Source: Kiritimatiellia bacterium (GTDB lineage: Bacteria > Verrucomicrobiota > Kiritimatiellia > UBA8416 > SLMC01). From it: a stretch of 42,839 nt of DNA. The notes beneath the pieces were generated by a model. It was not told where the DNA came from, ran no database searches, and was given only the letters and a program-made list of their open reading frames with translations. The position numbers and the translations under genes were made by a program. The stretch covers positions 1 through 42,839 of the forward strand of contig SLKS01000064.1 of NCBI GenBank assembly GCA_007134465.1. Direction: 5' to 3'. Shown one piece after another: positions 1 to 9,536 of the stretch (positions are counted from its first letter, which is position 1; each line of letters opens with the position of its first letter).

Positions 1-106
1 GCAAAGAAAGATAGTTGTGCAGTTTTATGGCCACACCAATCGGGTGTCAGGGCGCATCTCTGCAAGCTGTTCTCCATCTTTGTGTTCTCTGTGTTCTTTG
101 CGGTTA
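1..106. repeat. Right part of a dispersed ~130-bp palindromic element; nt 1-75 are repeated at the far end of the window (42765-42839)
   Basis: 1-75 matches 42765-42839 at 73/75. 77-106 (TCTTTGTGTTCTCTGTGTTCTTTGCGGTTA) is the imperfect reverse complement of 42742-42771 (TAACCGCAAAGAGCACAAAGATCGCAAAGA). Confidence 0.9.
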
Positions 107-127
107 TCTGCTCTTTCCAGGATTAAT

Positions 128-254
128 GCGGGCTGCGCCCGCAACCCAATTTGTTTTTCTACCACGGAAAACGCGGAATACCCGCCTTCGCAAAGCCTAC
201 AGCGAGGCAAGCACGGAAAAGATACACGCAAAAGCGTGTATCTTTTTGAAAAAG
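128..254. repeat. Composite intergenic repeat: GCGGGC..GCCCGCAACCCAATTT hairpin, ACCACGGA nonamers, CCCGCCTTCGCAAAGCCTAC and AAAGATACACGC-AAAA-GCGTGTATCTTT hairpin
   Basis: 128-153 recurs at 18257-18282 and 30938-30963. 218-254 recurs at 31059-31095 (36/37). 181-200 recurs inverted at 17074-17093 and 20101-20120. Confidence 0.8.
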
Positions 255-279
255 GCTCTCCCCCTATCTGTCCGCGGCG

Positions 280-1350
280 TTACGCGTATGCGCCCAGCGT
301 TTTGGCCAGCTCGACGATGTGTCGGAAATCGTCGAGGCTGACGCTGGACGGCACGGAGTGGTCGGACGAGAAGATATAGCCGCCGTTTTCCTTGAGGGCG
401 GGAACGGTTTTCTCCATCTCGGCGCGAATCTCGTCGGGCCGATCCCACAGCACGGCATTGATGCCGCCGTGCAGCACGAGCTTGTCGCCGTACTGCTGCT
501 TCAGCCGGACCGGGTCCATGCCCGCCTTGACTTCGAGCGGGTTGAGCGCGTCGAGGCCGATGCCGATCAGCTCCTCGACGAACGGGTTGACGTCGCCGCA
601 GGAATGCAGATGGGCTTTGACGCCTTTGGCGTGCGCCCATTCGATGGCGCGCTGGTGGAACGGCTTGAGCAGTTCGCGATACATGTTCAGAGAGAAGAAT
701 TGCGTGCCTTTATAGCCCATGTCGTCGGGCCAGCGGACGGCGTCGAAACGGTAGCCGGCGTCCCAGACGCGGTCGTAGAGGGCGAGGTGCGTTTCGAGCT
801 GGTGCGAGAACATGTCCATGCACCATTCCGGGTCTTCGGCCAGCGCCATGAGCAGACGCTCGGTGCCGACCATCCAGGAGTGCGTGACGTCGAAGCCGAA
901 CCAGAGGCCGGCTTCGATCCAGAGCCCGTCCTTGATCCATTGGGGATATTCTTTTTCGAGCCGGGCCCAGGGGATGCGGTCGGCGGCGGGCGCCATGCGG
1001 GCCTTGGCCTGTTCCCAGCTTGGCCGGTCCACGATGGTGAAATCCAGGAAGTGCGGGGCGGACGCGGCATGTTTCCAATCCTGAAGCGTGACGCCCCAGC
1101 GTGTGGTCTTGACGATTTTGTCCTCGGTTTCTTCGAGTATCTTCTCTTCATAGCGCGGCGAATTGTCGCAGGAGAAGCGGGCGACGCGGTCTATGCCGAA
1201 AAATTCGGCGAAATGGACGTCCTCCGGCATGCCTTCGCGGCGCCAGCGTTCGATGGTGGCCGTCCACGGCTCGTCAATGATGGGGATGCGGTCGGCGTCC
1301 CGGTGCGCGAACATGCGTGCGAAACGTTCCTTGGAGGTCATGGCATTCAT
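280..1350 (-). CDS. Uroporphyrinogen decarboxylase (URO-D/MtaA-CmuA-like) family protein
   Basis: 356 aa. N-terminal MTSKERF..DRIP, DDMG, HSCG, LNPLE and C-terminal GGYIFSSDHSVP are typical of the URO-D-like superfamily. Start overlaps the upstream gene stop (ATGA). Confidence 0.85.
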   Translation of the reverse strand: MNAMTSKERFARMFAHRDADRIPIIDEPWTATIERWRREGMPEDVHFAEFFGIDRVARFSCDNSPRYEEKILEETEDKIVKTTRWGVTLQDWKHAASAPHFLDFTIVDRPSWEQAKARMAPAADRIPWARLEKEYPQWIKDGLWIEAGLWFGFDVTHSWMVGTERLLMALAEDPEWCMDMFSHQLETHLALYDRVWDAGYRFDAVRWPDDMGYKGTQFFSLNMYRELLKPFHQRAIEWAHAKGVKAHLHSCGDVNPFVEELIGIGLDALNPLEVKAGMDPVRLKQQYGDKLVLHGGINAVLWDRPDEIRAEMEKTVPALKENGGYIFSSDHSVPSSVSLDDFRHIVELAKTLGAYA

Positions 1351-3989
1351 GCGGGGTTCTCCTGTGGCAGAGTTTTGAGTGCGCGATAATCGGTTTTGCC
1401 CGTGCCGAGAACGGGAATGGCTTCAACCCGGACGACGGCGCGGATGTTGTGCAGCGAGGAGAGGCCGGCGTCGCGAATGGTCTGGTTGGCTTCGTCCCGC
1501 GAAATGTCGCGGACGGCATAGAGCGTGATTTCGGGCGCGTCCTCGTCCGGGGATTCGACGGCCAGCGCCGGGCCGGAATCGGCTTGCGTGCCGAAACGTT
1601 CGGCGAGGACTTCCTCGATGGCGGGCAGCGAGATCATTTCGCCGCCCAGCTTGACGAAGCGTTTGAGGCGGCCTTGGAAGAAGAGCGTGCCGGTTTCGTC
1701 GGCCAGGATGCGGTCGCCGGTTCGATACCAGGTTTTGCCGTCGTGTTCGGCGAAGGGCGAGGGTCCGTCGTGGCGCAGGTATCCTTCGAAGATGCTGGGG
1801 CCGCGCACGAGCAGCATGCCGGTTTCGCCGGGCGCGCACGGGGCGCCGGTTTCCTCGTTGACGATGGCGTATTCGAGCGAATCCATGATGCGGCCGATGG
1901 AGCGGGGAACGGGGCGATCGGGGCGGTTGACGGAAACAACGGGCGAGCATTCGGTAATGCCGTATCCTTCCAGGACCGTCAGGTTCGGGCAGAGCTTTTG
2001 CAGGCCTTCGTACACGTGCGCCGGGCATTTTTCGGCGCCGGTCACCGCGAAGCGCAGCGTGGCCAGGTCGTCGGGCGCGGCGCCCTTGAGGATGCCGTTC
2101 AGGAATGTGGGCGTGCCAAGCATGATGGTGGCTTTGTAGCGATGAACGATACGGGCCAGCATGGCGCCTTCGGCGGGATTGGGATGGAAGACGGTGCGCA
2201 ATCCGACAAGCAGCGGCAGAATGGCGGTCATGCTCAATCCGAACGAATGGAAGGGGGGCAGAAAGCCGAGGACGACGTCGCCCGGATTCAGGGCGTTGAT
2301 GGCCAGCACATCGCGCGCGTTGGCCAGCAGGTTGCCATGGGTGAGCGGCACGGCTTTGGGCAGGCTTTCGGAGCCGCTGGTGAAGAGGACGACAGCCGTT
2401 CTGCCCACGGGAATGTCGCGCAGCGCGCGCCAGGAAAGGAAGCTGCCGAGCTTGGCGCGCAATTTGCGGAACAGGGAAACGCCGCCGGCCAGGTCTTCGA
2501 GGCAGGCGAAAGCCTGTTCGGCCTTGCCGAAGCGAACGCCTTGCGCGGCGAGCTTTTCGACCAGTTTGCGCGAGGTGAGGACGCGCTGGATGTCGAGCAG
2601 GGTTGTCATGTGGTTGATCTGGCGTTCGCCGACAGTCCAGTTGACCATGACAGGCGTTTTGCCGGCGAACAGGACGGCCAGCCAGACGAGACCGGCGGCG
2701 GGCGCGGCGGGCAGCATGATGCCGACATAATCGCCGGGCATGGCGGCGATAAGCGGGCGCAGCACGAAAAGGCCCGTGATCAGATCGCGATAGGTGCGGA
2801 CGCTGCCGGCGGAATCGGCCACGATAACGGCGTCCGGATGGGCGGCGGCAGCGCGCAGGAAGGCGTCGGTCAGAGTGGCGGCGTCGGGAATGCGCAGCGG
2901 CGCGGGCGGGCGCGGCGCCTTGGCGAACCAGCGGTCGGGCGCGGGCGACAGACGGTCGGCCTGCCCTGCCAGCCCCTGGCCGGCGGCGGCTTCGAACACG
3001 TCCGCGACGGTTTCGAGCATATCGGGGTTCGAGACGGAAAACCCGAATTCCTTTTCGATCCAGATGCACAGATCGAGCCGGGACAGCGAATCCAGCCCGA
3101 GATCGTTGGCCAGCGACTGGTCGGACCGAACATCCTGTTTGCCGGTGAGATCGGCGATTTTTTCGAGGACCAGCGCCTTGACGCCCGGCGCGACGGAATC
3201 CGGGGCGGAGGCCGTCGCGCGCGCGCCCGGTTCCGGCATGATGCGGACGCCGCCCTTTTCCCAGCGCACGTAGGGAACAAAGGTGTTGGGAGGGGCGTTG
3301 TCGTTGAAGAAAGATTCGATGAAAGGGTTGATGACGCGTCGGCCCTGATGTTTCGGGAAGTCGTCGGGTTCCCAGAGGACAATATCCACGGGTCGGCGCG
3401 GGGCGAAGAAGAGGGCGTTGCCCAGTACCGTTTTAACGATGCGTTTCGCCACTGTTCGGGGCGGCGGCGGATCGCCGCCGTTGCCGCCGCGCGAAAATAC
3501 GCTGCCCCACAGGCCGCGCGTGCGGATCAGCACGACGCGGGCCTCGGGCGCCGCCTGCAACAGCTTCTCGACGCCGCTGTTGCCGCCAAGCCGTTCTTCG
3601 CGGTCGCGCATGATGCGGCCGCCGGGATACACGAGCAGGTTCTGGCCGGAAGCCAGCAGCCGCCCGCATTCCTCGATACTGCGCCGCGCGCCGTCGCGCG
3701 CGGCCGAGCCGTACCGGGCCACATCCGGCAGCCGCACGACCCCGAACCAGTCCGCCCAGCGCCGGACAAACGGGCGCGACACCTGGTCTTCGTCGCCGAG
3801 CGCGCGCAGCCGGAAGCGGGGCCAGAGCCGGCTGTACAGGATAACGGGATCAATCATGGCCGGGTGCGTGGCCAGAAACAGAATGCCCGCCCCGGCCTTG
3901 GACGGCTTGATGCTGTCCAGGCCTTCGACCCGGACCTTGTAGCGCAGAGCGAGAATCCATTGTCCGATCAGACAGGCAAGTTTGCGCAT
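1347..3989 (-). CDS. aas: Aas-like acyltransferase / acyl carrier / acyl-ACP synthetase (PlsC + PP-binding + AMP-binding domains)
   Basis: 880 aa. PlsC motifs THPAMID and VYPGG, carrier motif DLGLDSL, AMP-binding motifs FTSGSESLPKAV, EGYGITE, YRTGD and GRLKRF. Adjacent to an LplT-like MFS. Confidence 0.85.
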   Translation of the reverse strand: MRKLACLIGQWILALRYKVRVEGLDSIKPSKAGAGILFLATHPAMIDPVILYSRLWPRFRLRALGDEDQVSRPFVRRWADWFGVVRLPDVARYGSAARDGARRSIEECGRLLASGQNLLVYPGGRIMRDREERLGGNSGVEKLLQAAPEARVVLIRTRGLWGSVFSRGGNGGDPPPPRTVAKRIVKTVLGNALFFAPRRPVDIVLWEPDDFPKHQGRRVINPFIESFFNDNAPPNTFVPYVRWEKGGVRIMPEPGARATASAPDSVAPGVKALVLEKIADLTGKQDVRSDQSLANDLGLDSLSRLDLCIWIEKEFGFSVSNPDMLETVADVFEAAAGQGLAGQADRLSPAPDRWFAKAPRPPAPLRIPDAATLTDAFLRAAAAHPDAVIVADSAGSVRTYRDLITGLFVLRPLIAAMPGDYVGIMLPAAPAAGLVWLAVLFAGKTPVMVNWTVGERQINHMTTLLDIQRVLTSRKLVEKLAAQGVRFGKAEQAFACLEDLAGGVSLFRKLRAKLGSFLSWRALRDIPVGRTAVVLFTSGSESLPKAVPLTHGNLLANARDVLAINALNPGDVVLGFLPPFHSFGLSMTAILPLLVGLRTVFHPNPAEGAMLARIVHRYKATIMLGTPTFLNGILKGAAPDDLATLRFAVTGAEKCPAHVYEGLQKLCPNLTVLEGYGITECSPVVSVNRPDRPVPRSIGRIMDSLEYAIVNEETGAPCAPGETGMLLVRGPSIFEGYLRHDGPSPFAEHDGKTWYRTGDRILADETGTLFFQGRLKRFVKLGGEMISLPAIEEVLAERFGTQADSGPALAVESPDEDAPEITLYAVRDISRDEANQTIRDAGLSSLHNIRAVVRVEAIPVLGTGKTDYRALKTLPQENPA

Positions 3990-3997
3990 GAAGATTC

Positions 3998-4062
3998 CTT
4001 GTTTACTGCTTACTGTTTACTGCTTACTGTTCACTGGCCACTGGTCATGTCACTGTTTACTG
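3998..4062. repeat. Heptamer tandem repeat (CTGTTTA/CTGCTTA/CTGGTCA) in the MFS-aas spacer
   Basis: GTTTACTGCTTACTGTTTACTGCTTACTGTTCACTGGCCACTGGTCA read directly. The last unit supplies the MFS stop codon. Confidence 0.75.
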
Positions 4063-5424
4063 GACTCCGGTTCCCCTCTTCCCCTCCTCGCTCAGCGCCC
4101 AGCGCAAGCGGCCGTTCAGCCCGGCGGCGAAGACGGCGGTGAGCAAGCCCAGAATGCCGAGCGAGGTTGTGGGCAGGAACAAACGGTTTAGCACATACAG
4201 CAGGCCGGCGCCAAGCGTCATGCCGGCGAAAACGGCGAAATTGGCGGCGGCAATGACACGGCCTTTGTGATTGGCTTCCGGGCGGATCTGGATGAAGCTT
4301 TCGAGCGGGACAAGGATGGCGCCGCCCGCCACGCCGGCCAGGGCGACGAGCAGGGGAACGGCAACACGGACGGTTTCGCTGGGCAGCGCATAGGGCGTTA
4401 TGCCCACGAGCACGAGCAGACCGGCCATGCACCCGTAGGCCGGGATCAGCGCGCGGAAGAATTTCGGCCCTTTCGCGACAATGTTGCTGAGCAATCCGCC
4501 CAGCGCGACTCCCACAAGAAATACGATCTTCATGCCTGCCGTCAGGCGGGCGGGCATGGCGAACTGGGTTTCGCCAAGGTTGATCATCAGCAAGGTCATG
4601 ACGGTGGCCAGGGACCAGATGAAGATGTTGCCGCACACGCAGACGGCCAGCAGCGGATCGCGCCCGATGCGGACGGCTTCGCGCACGGATTCGACCGGCC
4701 CTTTCCAGGGAAACGGCGCGTTCATGGGCTTGGGACGGATGCGCGGCGCGCCGAAGGCGATCAGGAATCCGACCGCGGCCGCGATCAGCACCAGCGTTCC
4801 GACAAGAAAGACGCCCTGTTCCATGCCCCGCCAGGAAGGCTGGTGCAGGTCCATCAGCATGCCGGCCAGCGCCATGCCGAGCAGAATGGCCGTGGTGGAA
4901 AGAATGCGCACGGCAGTGTTGGCCGTGTGAACCTTGTCGGGCGGGTAGAGTTCGGGAATCGAGCCGTTCATGGACGGGCTGAAGACGGCCGACTGCGCGC
5001 CCATAAGGCCGATCATGGTCAGGACCAGCCACCAGTTTCCGAACCAGACGCCCAGCGCGCCGGCAAGCATGGCCAGCAATTCCACCGCTTTGGCCGCGAC
5101 AATGATATGGCCCTTGGCGAAACGGTCGGCCAGCCAGCCGCCGGGCGCGGCGCCCAGCATGTAGCAGAAGGTGAACAGGGCGGCGGCGGTGGCCTGTATG
5201 GCGACGTTGTCTTGCCGGACCGCAATGAACAAAGCGGCTTCCTTGTAGAAGTTGTCGTTGAACAGGCCCATGAAGTAGCTAACGGCTATGGCCGCGAAAC
5301 GGCGGGTGGGGCGCGGGGTGCGCGCGGCGGGCGGCGGACTGTCCGTCAAGGCTGGCGGGGGCGCGGTCATGCTCGTATTTCGTCCTCTCCGCATGGCTTG
5401 CTGGAGGCTATCGGCCATTCGCAT
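4057..5424 (-). CDS. MFS transporter, LplT/lysophospholipid-transporter-like (start may be 5370)
   Basis: About 12 hydrophobic segments. FNDNFYK, GWLADRFAK and QSAVFSPS motifs match the MFS domain associated with Aas. Confidence 0.85.
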   Translation of the reverse strand: MRMADSLQQAMRRGRNTSMTAPPPALTDSPPPAARTPRPTRRFAAIAVSYFMGLFNDNFYKEAALFIAVRQDNVAIQATAAALFTFCYMLGAAPGGWLADRFAKGHIIVAAKAVELLAMLAGALGVWFGNWWLVLTMIGLMGAQSAVFSPSMNGSIPELYPPDKVHTANTAVRILSTTAILLGMALAGMLMDLHQPSWRGMEQGVFLVGTLVLIAAAVGFLIAFGAPRIRPKPMNAPFPWKGPVESVREAVRIGRDPLLAVCVCGNIFIWSLATVMTLLMINLGETQFAMPARLTAGMKIVFLVGVALGGLLSNIVAKGPKFFRALIPAYGCMAGLLVLVGITPYALPSETVRVAVPLLVALAGVAGGAILVPLESFIQIRPEANHKGRVIAAANFAVFAGMTLGAGLLYVLNRLFLPTTSLGILGLLTAVFAAGLNGRLRWALSEEGKRGTGVQ

Positions 5425-5430
5425 TTCGTA

Positions 5431-5859
5431 TTATTTCCGCGGTCGGCGTTTCCAGCGCCAGTCCACGCCTTTCTTGTCAAGATACCGTTCGAACTCTTCG
5501 GCGGAAGTGAACCGGGCGCGGTAGGGCGAGCCCGTGCCGAGCGTTTCGCACTCGTGCTCGTCGCCCTCGCCATGGTCGCGGCAAATTTGCGGGCGCTGCC
5601 CGTAGATGGCGCAGCGTCCGTCCGGCGCAATGGCCCGGCACGGAGCCAGGAACTCGACGAACCATTTGCCGTCGGGATCAATGAAGACGCATACGTTTTC
5701 GTGCAGAAGGAACCAGCGCACGTAGTCGTACTCCCGTTTCGTGCGCGGCCGGTCCCATTCCAGGGCGATATAGCGGCAGCATTGCGCATTGCACGCCTGA
5801 CAGGCATGGGCCAGGCTTGCGAAGGTCGGGGGTGCGGGTGCGGACTTAGACGCAGGCAT
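5431..5859 (-). CDS. YkgJ family (CxxCxxCC) cysteine-cluster protein
   Basis: CQACNAQCC ... C ... CAIYGQRPQICR pattern. Confidence 0.85.
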   Translation of the reverse strand: MPASKSAPAPPTFASLAHACQACNAQCCRYIALEWDRPRTKREYDYVRWFLLHENVCVFIDPDGKWFVEFLAPCRAIAPDGRCAIYGQRPQICRDHGEGDEHECETLGTGSPYRARFTSAEEFERYLDKKGVDWRWKRRPRK

Positions 5860-7021
5860 GGGGCAGGCTCCGTTGGCTGGCTGGGTTGGGCGCGGCTTCG
5901 CCGGACCGGCGTGGCGCGACGACAGGCGGACAGGCGCCCGCGATGGCGCGTCGGATTTCGTCGAGTCCCGTTCCGCGCGCGGCGGACGCCAGCAAGGCGT
6001 CGGGCCAGCGTTGGCGGATGGTGTCGCGTCGGTCCGGCGAAAGCGTATCGCATTTGTTGAAAACCAGCAGGCGCTTCACGCGATCGGCGCCGATCTCGCG
6101 CAGCGTGTTATGGACCACGCGCAAGTGATCGTTCAGCCGCGCATGGCCTGCGTCGGCGACAATGAGCAGCAGCTCGGATTCGGCGGCTACGTCGAGCGTG
6201 GATCGGAACGAGGCGACCAGTCCGTGCGGCAGGCGGCGAATGAAGCCGACCGTATCGGTGAGCAGCGCGGCGTGGCCGCCGCCCAGATCGAGGCGCCGGG
6301 TTTTCGTGTCCAGCGTGGCGAAGAGAAGATCGTCCACATAGGCGGCGGAATCCGTAAGCGCGTTCAGCAAGGTGGATTTGCCGGCGTTCGTGTAGCCGAC
6401 CAGACTGACCAGCGGCCAGGGGCGGCGCATGCGCGTGCGCTGCCGCCGCGCCTGGACTCGTTCCAGTTTCCTCTTAAGTTCGCGAATCCGGCGGCGCATC
6501 GGTTCGTTGCGCAAACGCAACGGGCTCTCGCCGGGCCCGCGCATGCCGATGCCGCCTTGGAAGCGCTGCTGGGCTTCCGATACCGGGATGCGCGAAACCA
6601 AATACTGCCGCTGCGCCAGCTCGACCTGAATCTGCGCTTCGGCCGAGCGCGCGCGGCGCGCGAAAATCTGCAAGATCAGTTCCGTGCGATCAATGACCCG
6701 GATGCCGAGCGCGCGGTCCAGATTGTTGACCTGAATCGCATTGAGTTCGTTGTCGAAAATCACCACGTTGGCCTGGCCTTGACGGCAGGCCAATTGCAGA
6801 TCGGCCAGCTTGCCGGTTCCGATCAGGAATCCGGCCGTCGGTTTCATGCGGCGCTGCGTGACGCTGCCCGCCACCGCCACACCGGCCGTATTCGCGAGCC
6901 GCTCGAGTTCGGCCAGGGAATCTTCCGCCTCGGCCGGATCGAATCGGCCCAGCGCCACCTGGGCCAGCAGCGCGCGCTCGCCGGACGATGCGCTTTCCTC
7001 GGTTGTCCAAAGCTGTTTCAT
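5846..7021 (-). CDS. hflX: Ribosome-splitting GTPase HflX
   Basis: ELERLANTAG, DRTELILQIFARRARSAEAQIQVELAQ, GMRGPGE, G1 VGYTNAGKST, LFATLD, DTVGFI and NKCD. Start at ATG 7021, overlapping the upstream stop (ATGA). Confidence 0.95.
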   Translation of the reverse strand: MKQLWTTEESASSGERALLAQVALGRFDPAEAEDSLAELERLANTAGVAVAGSVTQRRMKPTAGFLIGTGKLADLQLACRQGQANVVIFDNELNAIQVNNLDRALGIRVIDRTELILQIFARRARSAEAQIQVELAQRQYLVSRIPVSEAQQRFQGGIGMRGPGESPLRLRNEPMRRRIRELKRKLERVQARRQRTRMRRPWPLVSLVGYTNAGKSTLLNALTDSAAYVDDLLFATLDTKTRRLDLGGGHAALLTDTVGFIRRLPHGLVASFRSTLDVAAESELLLIVADAGHARLNDHLRVVHNTLREIGADRVKRLLVFNKCDTLSPDRRDTIRQRWPDALLASAARGTGLDEIRRAIAGACPPVVAPRRSGEAAPNPASQRSLPHACV

Positions 7022-7257
7022 TTGACCATGCGCGAATCCGAAGCGCGAAAGACGCGGCGCCGGAGTTCCTTGAGCGTTTTCACATCCGGTTCCTTCTGCG
7101 CTTCGCGGAAACGGGCGTAGACGGTTTCGTTGTTCAGGGCGCCGCAACGGCGCCCGTTGCGCCAGCGACCGCGCGGATAGCGATAGAGCCAGCAGCGGTC
7201 GCCCACATTGAGCAGACACGCATGACAGGCCCGTACCGGTTTAACGCTGGCGCGCAT
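7018..7257 (-). CDS. Small basic Cys-rich hypothetical protein (79 aa)
   Basis: MRASVKPVRACHACLLN..C..C. Fills the waaF-hflX gap and its stop overlaps the hflX start. Confidence 0.6.
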   Translation of the reverse strand: MRASVKPVRACHACLLNVGDRCWLYRYPRGRWRNGRRCGALNNETVYARFREAQKEPDVKTLKELRRRVFRASDSRMVK

Positions 7258-7338
7258 AGGCTGGCACCAAAACAAGCGGATTTTTCCGCTTGGAAACAAT
7301 GAAAGAAAGGGCTTTTGTCCACTACTTCGCGACATTTG

Positions 7339-8358
7339 TCAAGTTCGGGCAAGCAGCGCGGCGACGGCTTCGACAACTTGCTCGGGCGCGATATTGCGCA
7401 AGGCGAGTTCCGCGGCATCGGAGCGGCGGGCGATATCGCGGTCGCCTGCGGCAAGACCGGGCGCGACGAGGAGATGGCTCGGGCCCAGAGGGCCGGTCTT
7501 GTTGGGATCGGTCAGACCGTAGACGGCGACGACCGGCGCGCCGACGGCGGCCGCCAGATGCATGCCGCCGCTGTCGTTGGCAACGACGGCCCGGCAAAGC
7601 GACAGAGCGGCGGCCAATTGCGGAAGCGACGTGCGGCCGCCCAGATCGAGGGCGGCCGGACCAATGCCGTCCGCCACCCGGCGGCACAGTTCGGCTTCGG
7701 CCGGCGCGCCCAGCACAAGCAAGCGCGCACGACGCGACGAGGCCAGCGCGCGGCCGACAGCGATGAAATGCTCCGGCGGCCAGCGTTTGGACGGCCCGCG
7801 CGCAGCGCCCGGAATCAGGCCGATTCGTTCCTCGCCTTCCGCTTGACCGAGCCGATCCCGCATTTCGCTCGCCGCCCGTTCGTCCGGAAACAGATAAGGC
7901 GGGGGCGGAAGCGCGTCGGGCACGGGCAGCCCGAGCAGGGAGAACGCTTCCGTCCACTGGTGCCGGCCCCGACGCGCGGACGAAACCGGCACGACCCGAT
8001 GGAGCATCCAGGCGCGGCCATGGTGGCCGCGAAACCCGATGCGTTCGGGAATGCCGGCCAGAAAAGGAATGAGCGCGGCACGAAACGAGTTGGGCATCAC
8101 AAAGGCCTGCGCGCAGCGCCGCTCGCGCAGGACGGCGCGCGCAGCCAGCGTGCCGCGAAAGGTCGGATCGTAGGCGAGAACCCGGTCCGTGTCCCTGTTC
8201 ATCGCCCACAGCTCGCATAACCGCCTCTTGCTCAGCAAGATCAGAGCTGCCTCGGGATGCGCCTTTCGGAAGAGGCGTATGGCCGGCATGCACATGACGG
8301 CATCGCCGAGCCAGTTCGGCGCGCAAATCAGAACGGAATGGTCGGCAGGAGTGGTCAT
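7339..8358 (-). CDS. waaF: Lipopolysaccharide heptosyltransferase II (GT9)
   Basis: APNWLGDAVM, PNSFRAAL, PGAARGPSKRWP and NDSGGMHLAAAVG. ATG 8358 sits just after the lpxK stop. Confidence 0.9.
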   Translation of the reverse strand: MTTPADHSVLICAPNWLGDAVMCMPAIRLFRKAHPEAALILLSKRRLCELWAMNRDTDRVLAYDPTFRGTLAARAVLRERRCAQAFVMPNSFRAALIPFLAGIPERIGFRGHHGRAWMLHRVVPVSSARRGRHQWTEAFSLLGLPVPDALPPPPYLFPDERAASEMRDRLGQAEGEERIGLIPGAARGPSKRWPPEHFIAVGRALASSRRARLLVLGAPAEAELCRRVADGIGPAALDLGGRTSLPQLAAALSLCRAVVANDSGGMHLAAAVGAPVVAVYGLTDPNKTGPLGPSHLLVAPGLAAGDRDIARRSDAAELALRNIAPEQVVEAVAALLART

Positions 8359-8360
8359 GG

Positions 8361-9536
8361 CTAGCGGAAGCAAATACGCGAGATGCACTGCTGAAAACTT
8401 TCGGCGCCGCTGAGAATGTCTATGTCCACGCGAAGATAGTAGACGGGCACGTCGCAGCGCTCCAGCTTCGGGAAGCGCACGGCGTCCTTCTCGGTGGTAA
8501 TGACGGCATCGGCGCCCTGTTTCCGGCTTTCGTTGACAATGTCAATGATTTCCTGCTGGCCATAGCGGTGATGGTCGGCGAAACGGCAGCGTTGCAGGAT
8601 GTGCGCGCCAAGCCTTTTCAATTCGTCCTCGAACCCGCCCGGCACGGCGATGCCGGATACGACCGTCACTTTTTTGCCGCGTATGGCCGCCAGTTCCATT
8701 CGATCGCCCCGGAACATGTCCTGGAAGTAGCGGGGGCAATGCTGGCATTCGATGATTTCCGCGCGCGGGTTGAGCTGCTCGAGCCGTTGCCGCAACGCGG
8801 CATCGCCGACCCGATCCGATTTCGTGATGAAAATGAAATCCGCCCGGCGAATGCTCCCGATCGGTTCCCGCAAAACGCCGCGCGGCAGCACATGTCCGTT
8901 GCTGAACGGATTGGTCCGGTCCACGAGCACGATTTCTACGCGATGCTTCAGGGCCATATACTGAAAGCCGTCGTCCAGGATCAGCGTGTCGCACCGCAGC
9001 TTGTTGATGGCGTAGCGCCCGCTCTTGATGCGGTTCTTGTCCACCAGAACGCATACGTCGGGCAGGTTGGAGGCGAGCATGTAGGGCTCGTCTCCGCTCA
9101 TTTCCGAATCGAGCAGCAGCTTGGAGCCGTCGGAAACGACGCGAGGCGGCTGACGAGCCTCGCGGAAGGTCAGCCGCCCGACAAGCCGCTGCAGGTAGGG
9201 CGGTTCCTTCTTCTTGTAGCCGCGGCTGAGAATCGCGACCTTGCGGCCTTCCTTTTGCAGCTCGCGTGCGAACACTTCGACGACAGGCGTCTTGCCCGTG
9301 CCGCCCACGGTCAGGTTGCCCACGCTGATGACCTGGCAGCCCAGCGTGTGATGGCGAAATATGCCTTTCGCATACAGGAACAGGCGAAGCTGAACAACGC
9401 CGCGGTAGAGGTGGGACATCTGCTTCAGAAAGAACAGGAACAGCTTCGCGCGCCGGCCCAGCTCCTTTTCCGGCCCGCTCCGCTGAATGAAGGCGACGAA
9501 AAAGGTCTCTATTTTCTCGGAAAAAATCCGTTTCAT
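8361..9536 (-). CDS. lpxK: Tetraacyldisaccharide 4'-kinase
   Basis: [44 protein letters not shown] and TTEKDAV. Confidence 0.95.
   Translation of the reverse strand: MKRIFSEKIETFFVAFIQRSGPEKELGRRAKLFLFFLKQMSHLYRGVVQLRLFLYAKGIFRHHTLGCQVISVGNLTVGGTGKTPVVEVFARELQKEGRKVAILSRGYKKKEPPYLQRLVGRLTFREARQPPRVVSDGSKLLLDSEMSGDEPYMLASNLPDVCVLVDKNRIKSGRYAINKLRCDTLILDDGFQYMALKHRVEIVLVDRTNPFSNGHVLPRGVLREPIGSIRRADFIFITKSDRVGDAALRQRLEQLNPRAEIIECQHCPRYFQDMFRGDRMELAAIRGKKVTVVSGIAVPGGFEDELKRLGAHILQRCRFADHHRYGQQEIIDIVNESRKQGADAVITTEKDAVRFPKLERCDVPVYYLRVDIDILSGAESFQQCISRICFR

Noticed and set aside
1317-4142. 941-aa plus-strand ORF and other long antisense ORFs (e.g. 8568-10697, 21384-22904, 10919-13129)
   Set aside because: Shadow frames of real genes in high-GC DNA with no recognisable motifs.
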